Source: Octopus sinensis (lineage: Eukaryota). Taken from it: a stretch of 6,734 nucleotides of DNA. The notes under the pieces are model-generated. The model made no database searches. It was not told the origin of the DNA and was given only the letters and a program-made list of their open reading frames with translations. Both the position numbers and the translations under genes were made by a program. This document shows, one piece after another, positions 1 to 6,582 of this stretch (positions are counted from its first letter, which is position 1; the number at the start of each line of letters is the position of its first letter). Location of the stretch: NCBI RefSeq assembly GCF_006345805.1, contig NW_021829256.1, forward strand, positions 1 to 6,734. The letters are read 5' to 3'.

Positions 1-120
1 ACAGACTATATAAATCTCTTTATAAAGTAAATTTCTTTATAAAGATTATATACTCCATCACACCCAGCTGCTCTCCAGTTTGGTGATACATTAATCACAT
101 CGATAATGAATTCTTTAGTG
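1..120 (-). pseudogene. Fragment of non-LTR retrotransposon RT N-terminal region, R2/R4/NeSL (RLE-type)-like
   Basis: Minus strand reads KEFIIDVINVSPNWRAAGCDGVYN, then (F)FIKKF after a frame slip. This resembles the PNWKA(A/P)GxDG motif preceding the RT core of site-specific non-LTR elements. It is cut by the hAT end at 121. The region is short, so the assignment is tentative. Confidence 0.6.
11..44. repeat. 17-bp tandem duplication, each unit containing the palindrome CTTTATAAAG
   Basis: TAAATCTCTTTATAAAG (11-27) and TAAATTTCTTTATAAAG (28-44) differ at one position. Confidence 0.9.
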
Positions 121-138
121 CAGGCCTGGCCAACCCAA
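121..138 (+). repeat. Left TIR of hAT element 1
   Basis: CAGGCCTGGCCAACCCAA versus the reverse complement of 2219-2236, CAGGGCTGGCCAACCCAA: 17/18 identical. Confidence 0.95.
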
Positions 139-273
139 ATCGCATCGCGGGCCACTTTGTCCAAATGAATCCTTTCCGCGGGCCGCATATACATGTACAT
201 ACTAAGGATAGATATCAAAACAACACAGATAAGATTTTATTTAGTAAAATAGCATTCAGTCCAATTATACGTA

Positions 274-2075
274 TCAATGAGAAATCTGTTTTTCTTTATC
301 TTCACTAATTTTTTCAAATCAACTTCACAATTACTAGTTGCACATCTTAATTGGTTTTCTAAGTTTTTATCTGTTAAAGAAGATCTATATCTACTTTTAC
401 TAAACTTTAATTTCGAAAAGAATGATTCACATACGTAAGTAGATCCAAAGGAGCTTACAACTCTTTGTGCAAAAATTCTTAAGTTGGGATATTTTTCTGC
501 AGTCACATATTTGTTATAAAGGTCAATTTTGGATATAGTAGGATAAACAAGTCTTAGTTCACTGTTGCACTGTAGGTCAATTATTTCCGTCTGCAAAGTA
601 TTTGAAACAATAGAAACGTCAACATGAAATGGAGAAGAAAATGTTTCAAACATTTTCTCATATTTTTTTAGTTCCGAGAATCGACTGTCAAATGCTGCAG
701 CAAGATTTTTTATTTCATCAGCGTACTTGAAGAAATTTTTACAATGGCTGATTTTAAATTGATTTAGCGTTGGAAAATGTTGATCATTTCCATTTCTTAT
801 TTGACATTCAAACAATGACAATTTCATTCGAAATGCTTTGACTTGATGGCATGCATTAGTAATCAAATTATCCTGTCCTTGTAACTCCTTGTTTAATTGA
901 TTAATTTTTTCGGTTATATCTACCAAAAAGCACAGATCTAGCATCCACTTCATCATTTAATTCAGTTAATGTCATTTTCTTATGCATCATAAAACTTTTG
1001 ATTTCTTCTCTCAAGTCGAAAAAACGTTTTAAACATTTTCCGCGACTCAGCCATCTGACATTGGAAAAATACACAAGATCACCATAGTGAGAATATAACT
1101 CGTTCAATAATTCTTTAAACTGGCGATGTTGAAGTGCATGAGAACGAATGAAGTTTATAGTTCTTACAACCACACTCATAACATGGTTCATAGACAACAC
1201 TTGCGCGCACAAATTGTGTTGATGTATCAAGCAGTGTATTACAAATAAATCATTTTTTATGCTTCTTGACTCCATCTCATCCATTATTAGCTTTACAACT
1301 CCTTTATTTCTTCCAATCATAGCCGGCGCCCCATCTGTTGTCAATCCAGCAAGGGTCTCTAAATTCGCTCCATTGTCGGATAAACATTTCATAACAGCTT
1401 GGAAAATATCTTCGCCCTTTGTAGTATCTTTCAAACTGACAAGGTTAAGCATTTCTTGTTTCACTTGAAAAGATTCGGTAACTCCACGAATATATACTAC
1501 AAGTTGAGACGTGTCTGATATATCCGTGCATTCGTCAAAGGCCAAAGAATAACTTTTGAAATATTTTATTTGATCACGCAAAGTCACCACAATTTCATTT
1601 GAAATGTCATTAACCCTGCGACATATGGTTTGACGTGACAAGCTAATGTTTGAAAACTTTTTAGTTTTATCTGGCAAAATGTCTTTCACGACAGCATCCA
1701 AACACTCTTTTACGAATTCTCCATCCGAAAATGATTTCATTCTCTTTGAAATTATCATTGCAACAGAGTAGCTTGCTTTAACAGTATCAGAAGAAGAGTG
1801 TATCGATGAATTTAATAGTCTTTGCTGATTTCTCAATTCAGATTTAAGCGAATCCAGTTTCCTTGTTTTCAATTCCTTACTAAATTTCGCGTATTCGGAA
1901 TGCTTTGTTTCATAATGTCTTCTTACATTGTACTCTTTCACCACCGATACTTTCTCCTTGCAAATTAAACATGTTGGCTTGGAATTATGCATTATAAAAA
2001 AGTAATCTTCTTCCCAATGATTGCTGAATTGCCTGTTTTCTTCAAAAATTTTCCTTTTCTTTATATTGATAACAG
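274..2075 (-). pseudogene. Buster/SPIN-type hAT transposase (GTF2IRD2-like), ~600 codons, two apparent frameshifts
   Basis: N-terminal KKRKIFEENRQFSNHWEEDYFF, then CLIC...RRHYETKH (BED-like). Catalytic-type motifs LAFDECTD, LTTDGAPAM, HCLIHQ, VRWLSRG, FGSTYVCESFFS. ORFs 901-1992 and 237-956 join by a slip at ~948 (ELNDE-[K]-WMLDL). A second slip at ~303 restores the typical ending KDKEKQISH* (TGA at 274-276). No in-frame ATG upstream of the conserved N-terminus. Confidence 0.92.
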
Positions 2076-2192
2076 CTACAAAATAGATAAACTTTAAAAT
2101 TTATTAAACTTATAAAATTTATCTTTATTTATTAACTTAAGAAAAATTTATCTTGAATGTATTTATAGGTTAACTACATACAAAATTTCTCT

Positions 2193-2214
2193 CGCGGGCC
2201 GCATGCGGCCCGCG
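2193..2214. repeat. Perfect 22-bp subterminal palindrome
   Basis: CGCGGGCCGCATGCGGCCCGCG is its own reverse complement. The half-site CGCGGGCC recurs at 146-153 and 177-184. Confidence 0.9.
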
Positions 2215-2218
2215 GGCC

Positions 2219-2236
2219 TTGGGTTGGCCAGCCCTG
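2219..2236 (-). repeat. Right TIR of hAT element 1
   Basis: TTGGGTTGGCCAGCCCTG, the inverted counterpart of 121-138. Confidence 0.95.
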
Positions 2237-2950
2237 GTTTAGGCCATTGATTTTGGCAAGTACCCGGGAGTATAGTTTGGCAGGCGTGTTCTTCAATGCA
2301 CGGCCGTTGTCATTTAGCGTGTTTAGGGCAGTGCAAGGGTGGTAGAGTTTTCGCGAAGCGAATAGGAATTGTGCTCCTCTCATGTTTAGATGTTCCTCTA
2401 TCGGGAGGAGGTTGGTTTCACAGTGCAGATGGTCGATGGGTGTTGATTTCAGGCACCCAAATATGATGCGCATGGCTTTGTTTTGAATTGATTGGAGAGC
2501 CACAGAGGAGCTCATAGAAAGACAGGGAACCCAACTCGGACTCGCGTAGCTTAGGACAGGGCGAATGTATTGTTTATACACACGTTTGAGAAGTGGTTTC
2601 TGCGCACCAGTGATGCGACCACTTATTGCGTTCAAAATATTTGTACGCCTGTTAGCCTTGTCAGAGATCTTCGAGACATGTTTATTGAAGGACATCGTTA
2701 GGTCGAAGGTTAGTCCGAGAACAGTGGGGTGTTTTGATAGTGGGAGAACAGAGCCAAAGAGAGATAGGTTGGGATGTATGTTTGATTGTCTTCTGTCGGA
2801 AGATAATAGGGTGACCGAGGACTTGGAGGACGAGGCCTCGAGCCTGTTTTCTCTGAGCCAATTCTCAACGGAGTGGAGTTGTTGCTGAAGGTTGAAGGAG
2901 GCAGCTTTGTAGTCTTCGTGTTTTGAGGCAATAATAATGTCGTCAGCGTC
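2237..2950 (-). pseudogene. 5'-truncated jockey/I-like LINE reverse transcriptase fragment (ADD motif through thumb and C-terminal region)
   Basis: One open frame from 2950 to 2237 (238 codons): [D]ADDIIIAS...VENWLRENRL...TVLGLTFDLTMSFNKHV...YKQYIRPVLSYASPSW...LQSIQNKAMRIIFGC...HLHCETNLLPIEEHL. It is cut by the hAT TIR, which supplies the QGWPTQG end of the listed ORF. Clade assignment is approximate. Confidence 0.88.
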
Positions 2951-3380
2951 CCCGACGAGTATGGAATATTGTCATCCCGTCAGGCCTTTTGCCATCTCCC
3001 CGATCGAGTCCGACCGGTTCGAGGAGGCACGAATGGCCCGCTGATTTGAGATTAGCTTTCAAGATTTCATTGAGGCCTTGTGTCTGTGTTCCCTGCCTGC
3101 GCTCCTCTTGCAGGAAAGTGGGTGCAGTCCCTTTTTGTAAACGTCCTCACCGAATCTGCAGCGGTGTTTTGCGCAAACATCCAGACCGAGACGGCATCGT
3201 CTAGTCACGTCCCGATGCTGGAAAGAGTAAGAGCGGAGAGACAGCAAGATTGAATGGAGAGACAGCAAGTCGAGCTGCCTCATCGATTGTCATCGCGAAG
3301 AGGAGTGGCCCTAGCGGATCACCCTATTGCACGCCGGTCTCCGAACGGATGATCTCAGAGTAACATTTTTCCATCCAAAT
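2951..3380 (-). pseudogene. Internally deleted CRE-like non-LTR retrotransposon (RT motif + CCHC knuckle + restriction-like endonuclease)
   Basis: Reads CYSE/IIRSETGVQ*GDPLGPLLFAMTIDEAARLAVSPFNL (RT QQGDPLGP motif), then ALTLSSIGT*LDD, RLGLDVCAKHRCRFGEDVYKKGLHPLSCKRSAGREHRHKA(L)NEILK, and LLEPVGLDRGDGKRPDGMTIF(P)YSSG (RPDG endonuclease motif). Contains stops and 1-nt slips. Confidence 0.85.
3235..3269. repeat. 14-bp direct repeat GGAGAGACAGCAAG
   Basis: Exact copies at 3235-3248 and 3256-3269, at the point where RT-core homology jumps to C-terminal homology. Confidence 0.9.
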
Positions 3381-3391
3381 TCCATCCAAAA
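3370..3391. repeat. 11-bp tandem duplication at the pogo/CRE boundary
   Basis: TCCATCCAAAT (3370-3380) followed by TCCATCCAAAA (3381-3391). Confidence 0.85.
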
Positions 3392-4075
3392 TACGTAAAC
3401 AAAGACCGTCTTTTAAATTCAGCTTCTTGTGTGAATCGACAGGATCAGTTTCATTGGCAATTTTCTCTAACATCGCATCAAATTTAATTTTGTTAAAGTT
3501 CGCTTTAAATGAGCGGATGATTCCCTGATCCATGGGTTGTAAAATTGTGGTCGTTTTTGCAGGAAGGTATAGCAGTTCAATTGATACTAAATTCGAGTAA
3601 ATTTCATGTGAAGGGCATCGATCCACAACAACCAGAATTTTTTTTTGAAGATCACGATCCCATGAAAGAAGCCATTCGTTGGAAATTTTGCTAGTCATCC
3701 ACGACCTTTCAGAATGTCTATAATCAATATATTTTTCCACATTAAAATTCTTAAAGCATCCAGGTTTCTTAAATTTTCCAATCATCAATGGACTTTTTTT
3801 ATCTGTCCCCGTCATATTTGCACACAGCAACAAAGAAAATCTAAAATATAAGAAATACAATAAACCGGTCTTTTAGCATTTTTTGCCCGGGGCGATTTTT
3901 CTGACAAACACTTTTTGAAGGAATCCATTTCTTCCAAAGTCACACACTCATCACTTAAATTATCAAAGACATAAGATATATGTATAACCATGGATTATTG
4001 AATTTATTCCCTTTATTTCTCGATATCTTTTAAAAGGACTTTCGTTAGAAACTGAATGGACAGATATGTTATAAC
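3392..4075 (-). pseudogene. pogo/Tigger-family DDE_1 transposase remnant
   Basis: Degenerate DEC..WKK.IPSKSVCQKNRPGQKMLKD-R-FSLLLCANMTGTDKKSPLMIGKFKKPGCFK, SWMTS, VVDRCPSH, YLPAKTTTILQPMDQGIIRSFKA. The portion 3870-4075 is degraded and less certain. Confidence 0.88.
3841..3865 (-). other. Putative 25-nt spliceosomal intron in the pogo transposase
   Basis: CG|GTTTATTGTATTTCTTATATTTTAG|A. Removal gives KDRFSLLLCAN, matching the pogo KxRxTvllc.N motif. Retention shifts the frame and reads TAG. Confidence 0.72.
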
Positions 4076-4092
4076 TAGGGCCAACATTTTTG

Positions 4093-4190
4093 TAACCTTA
4101 AAAATTGAAAAATTTAACCTTAAAAAGTTAACTTTATTAACCTATAAACCAAAATTTTTAACCTTAAAATTAAAAAAATTTAACTTTATT
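4093..4190 (+). repeat. Subterminal TAAC(C/T)T(T/A) repeat array of hAT element 2
   Basis: Motif starts at 4093, 4115, 4138, 4159 and 4180, with an extra copy at 4129. Confidence 0.7.
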
Positions 4191-4245
4191 TATTCTCAGG
4201 TAAAACCTGTAAAGTATAAATAAGAACAATAAAATACTTTAAAGA

Positions 4246-4424
4246 CTATTTATTGAAAATGGACATAACATAATTTTCCAAATTTTGTGTAGAAAAGTTT
4301 CTGTTTGACCTCATAAAACTCCTAAATTGCGAAAAGCATCGTTCGATAGGTGCGAGGATGGTTGACAGTTTTGAAGTAACGAATAATCTTCCGGAGAGAT
4401 ATTTTTATTATCCATATTAATAAT
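4246..4424 (-). pseudogene. C-terminal part of hAT element 2 transposase
   Basis: (KI)INMDNKNISPEDYSLLQNCQPSS, then a slip at ~4353, then APIERCFSQFRSFMRSNRNFSTQNLENYVMSIFNK* (TAG at 4246-4248). This is the hAT C-terminal S.ER.FS motif. Confidence 0.85.
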
Positions 4425-4478
4425 TGTCGCGCGCAATGGATGAAACGCGTGCCTAAAGTGAAACGCTGTGAACCTTGA
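4425..4478 (+). repeat. Left TIR of Ginger-like element
   Basis: TGTCGCGCGCAATGGATGAAACGCGTGCCTAAAGTGAAACGCTGTGAACCTTGA. Core 4440-4466 is the exact reverse complement of 5983-6009. TGAAACGC occurs twice within it. Confidence 0.95.
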
Positions 4479-5430
4479 GAAAACCACAAAAAACCTCGAA
4501 AATAAAATTAACAATCCTTTGATGAAAACAGGAATAAAACCGAGAAATCATTTTTTATTATTATCGTTTGAAAGATTAACAATTTATTTAAATAATGGTT
4601 AGCCATTTTAAAATTACCAAAAAATTAAAAATATTTTAACCTGAAAATTTACCTGTCTAAATTTTTTTAACTTATGATTTAAATACTATTTTTTCATTTC
4701 CATCTTGATCTTTTATTTTAACTCTATTATTTGAAATTAAATCTTCAACAGTAAAGATTTGTTGATGATAAAAAGATTCTAATTTTCGCTTCTTCGTCCT
4801 TTGATTTGTATCAAAATCTTTTTTCAGCAAAACATTATTTCCATTGCAATTTCTTTCAATGTTTTTGAAAAATTTCGTTCCATTCTTTCAAGATATTTGT
4901 CATTTATGATAGTTTGATTTTCATGTTCTTCAATTAATTCATCATCATTATAATAAGAAATGTTATATCCTCTTGTTCGGAAAAAATCCATAAATGGTGA
5001 CATATTTATAGAAGAATGAATTGAAATATTGTACTGATATACAATTTTTTCTAACACATCCACCCATTTTTTCTGTTTGTCTGTGAGTTCTTTTTGAATC
5101 CATCTGCAAATGGTTTGATTGCAACGCTCCACTTGTCCCTGTGATTCTGGATGTCTTGGACGTCCCCTTTTATGAATTATTTTAAATTCTTCACATAATG
5201 ACGTTATTTCTGAATTAACAAATTCTGTTCCGTTGTCAGACTGCAGAATTTTTGGTGGACCATAGGAAAGAAATATAGTTTTCAATGATTCCGAAACTGT
5301 AACTGCTTCTTTATTTTCTATTTTTTTAGCAAAGCAAAATTTTGAATAAATATCTATGACATTCATAAGATATTTATAGGAATCATTTATATCTGCATAA
5401 AACGAAAGATCGACTAAATCAACTTGATAG

Positions 5431-5454
5431 CTAAAAATAAGCTATTGAATGAAC
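5431..5454 (-). other. Putative 24-nt intron in the Ginger integrase
   Basis: CG|GTTCATTCAATAGCTTATTTTTAG|C. Removal gives PRERYQVDLVDL. Retention leaves an in-frame TAG just before the first catalytic Asp. Confidence 0.78.
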
Positions 5455-5724
5455 CGTTCTCGAGGTTCTTTGGCTACTATGTTGACTAGTGGATATTTTC
5501 TCTTTAAGGGCTGACTTCGCTGACATTTGTGGCATGATGATATTACATCCCTAATTATGTTTCGATTGATTATGCAAAATTATTTTTGCAATACTCTTCC
5601 ATTTTATTAAATCCATAGTGATAAATTGAATGAATCCTTTCACAATGCAGTTTCATGGATTCGAAATCATTTGAGGCAATTACCAATATTTTGTTTCCAT
5701 CAGATTGTTTATAATATAGCACAC

Positions 5725-5746
5725 CTATCATTAGATTTAATAGTAC
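5725..5746 (-). other. Putative 22-nt intron in the Ginger integrase
   Basis: AG|GTACTATTAAATCTAATGATAG|GT. Removal joins NFVNSG to GVLYYKQSDG. A branch-like CTAAT lies next to the acceptor. Confidence 0.72.
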
Positions 5747-5971
5747 CTCCAGAATTTACGAAATTTCTACATTTTTTGAGAAAACGAAATCTTTTTAGTC
5801 TTTAAAAATCTTCTGGTATTGTATTATTTATTAAAAAATCAAGAATATTCTTATACTCCTGATCATCCTTTACAATGTTGGCAAATCTCATTTCGATAAT
5901 ATTATCTCAAAGTGCGCAATCATCTTTAATATTGACTTGATAATTGTCAAGAGCTTAATTGAAGGTTAAAT

Positions 5972-6024
5972 TCAAGGTCACGGCGTTTCACTTTAGGCAC
6001 GCGTTTCATTTATGGCGCGTGACA
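5972..6024 (-). repeat. Right TIR of Ginger-like element
   Basis: Reverse complement reads TGTCACGCGCCATAAATGAAACGCGTGCCTAAAGTGAAACGCCGTGACCTTGA. Confidence 0.95.
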
Positions 6025-6169
6025 ATAATTTTAGTCATATCGCTCTCTAAAATTCTCTTCTCTAAATATTTTTTGATCCCTGCTTCATCCTACCCGAAGT
6101 CAAGTGTACTTAACGTTGAATATGCAAATTCTATTGTACATTTGTTACTATCAAGTTGTAATATTTTCT

Positions 6170-6197
6170 CTATGAGATTAATTACTATATGAAAAAC
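6170..6197 (-). other. Putative 28-nt intron in hAT element 2 transposase
   Basis: AG|GTTTTTCATATAGTAATTAATCTCATAG|AG. Removal gives YSHIPEKILQLDS in frame. Retention gives TAA and a frameshift. Confidence 0.72.
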
Positions 6198-6582
6198 CTG
6201 GAATATGTGAATAGTTATGCGAAATTGCACATAAGCGTTTTACTAGCTTTTCATTTTCAATGCATTTTTGGTGGCAGTCACTAGTATTCCTTTGTCCTCA
6301 ATCAAATCAAAAATGTTAATCACTGAGATTAAATTTCTTGAATAAAAAGATGCAGCCTTTAACCAGGTGCCCCATCTCGTCAACACAACTTTCGGAGGAA
6401 TTCCAATTTCGTAAAACAACAATTTTCGCTTGTGGTTCTTCCTGACAGAAGCTTGCACGCTAGCTATCACATCATCAACTTCTGATAAGATTTTCTGACC
6501 TCCATTGAACAATTATGCAAAATATGGGTGACGCAATTAACATGAAAAAGATTGGGCTATAAATTTTTTAAAATTTTCCCGG

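Larger units (their letters stand above)
121..2236 (-). mobile_element. Full-length hAT DNA transposon, Buster/SPIN/Charlie (GTF2IRD2-like) group, 2116 bp
   Basis: 18-bp TIRs with one mismatch. Repeated subterminal CGCGGGCC motifs at both ends. Internal hAT transposase. Both 8-bp flanks have a central TA (nnnTAnnn, the Buster-type target preference). Confidence 0.95.
4657..5891 (-). pseudogene. Ginger-type DDE integrase/transposase with H2C2 zinc finger, two tiny introns, disabled
   Basis: ATG at 5891 (MRFANIVKDDQEYKNILDFLINNTIP). RIHSIYHYG...CHKC (HHCC). Catalytic-type QVDLVD, LQSDNGTEF and GQVERCNQTI. C-terminal VLLKKDFDTNQRTKKRKL. In-frame TAA at 5802-5804 and 4672-4674. 1-nt slips at ~5575 and ~4845. 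TAG at 4657-4659. Confidence 0.9.
4425..6024 (-). mobile_element. Complete Ginger-like (retroviral-type integrase) cut-and-paste transposon, 1600 bp, 5-bp TSD ATAAT
   Basis: Starts TGT (4425) and ends ACA (6024). TIRs of 53-54 bp with a 27-bp identical core. ATAAT at 4420-4424 and 6025-6029. Single integrase gene with no RT, gag or LTR. Confidence 0.9.

Noticed and set aside
2076-2109. 17-nt or 34-nt intron at the 5' end of the hAT1 transposase
   Set aside because: An acceptor-like TTTTGTAG exists, but neither candidate donor links to an upstream in-frame ATG, so no exon can be defined.
3954-3988. 35-nt G|GT...AG candidate intron in the pogo 5' region
   Set aside because: The region is too degraded. 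Removal does not clearly improve the match to the pogo motif, the length is outside the 22-28-nt class, and the acceptor is AAG rather than TAG.
4093-4190. CRISPR-like or telomeric repeat array
   Set aside because: The units are short, degenerate and AT-rich with no unique spacers and no cas genes. They are not a tandem TTAGG(G) tract. The subterminal location explains them.
4311-4514. 67-aa ORF as a standalone gene; likewise ORFs 6-218, 2710-2931 and 3059-3283
   Set aside because: They are chimeric or off-frame. ORF 4311-4514 reads from inside the Ginger TIR into the hAT2 tail. ORF 6-218 reads from hAT1 into the RT remnant. ORF 2710-2931 is an alternative frame of the LINE. ORF 3059-3283 is only partly in the CRE frame.
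4425-6024. LTR retrotransposon or Polinton remnant as the source of the integrase
   Set aside because: The flanking repeats are inverted, not direct. The element is closed by a TSD at 1.6 kb, with no RT, gag, protease or polymerase B.
1259-6192. Plus-strand ORFs 1259-1468, 2565-2888, 2989-3204 and 5959-6192
   Set aside because: They are short antisense shadows of minus-strand TE coding sequence with no recognisable motifs. ORF 5959-6192 runs across a TIR.
237-6512. Domesticated host genes (GTF2IRD2, SCAND3/KRABA2, TIGD, CGGBP1)
   Set aside because: These names reflect similarity to transposase-derived vertebrate genes. Here the ORFs sit between TIRs or TSDs, are nested and disrupted, and show no SCAN, KRAB or GTF2I domains.
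3204-6559. Stop-codon reassignment (ciliate-like TAA/TAG = Gln), suggested by in-frame TAA at 5802 and 4672 and TAG at 3324
   Set aside because: Other internal TAGs sit where Tyr (6557, LYPNL) and Glu (6090, DFGED) are expected, and a TGA sits where Arg is likely (~3204). TAG also terminates genes at 4246 and 4657. The ~600-codon hAT has no in-frame TAA or TAG. Ordinary nonsense mutation fits better.
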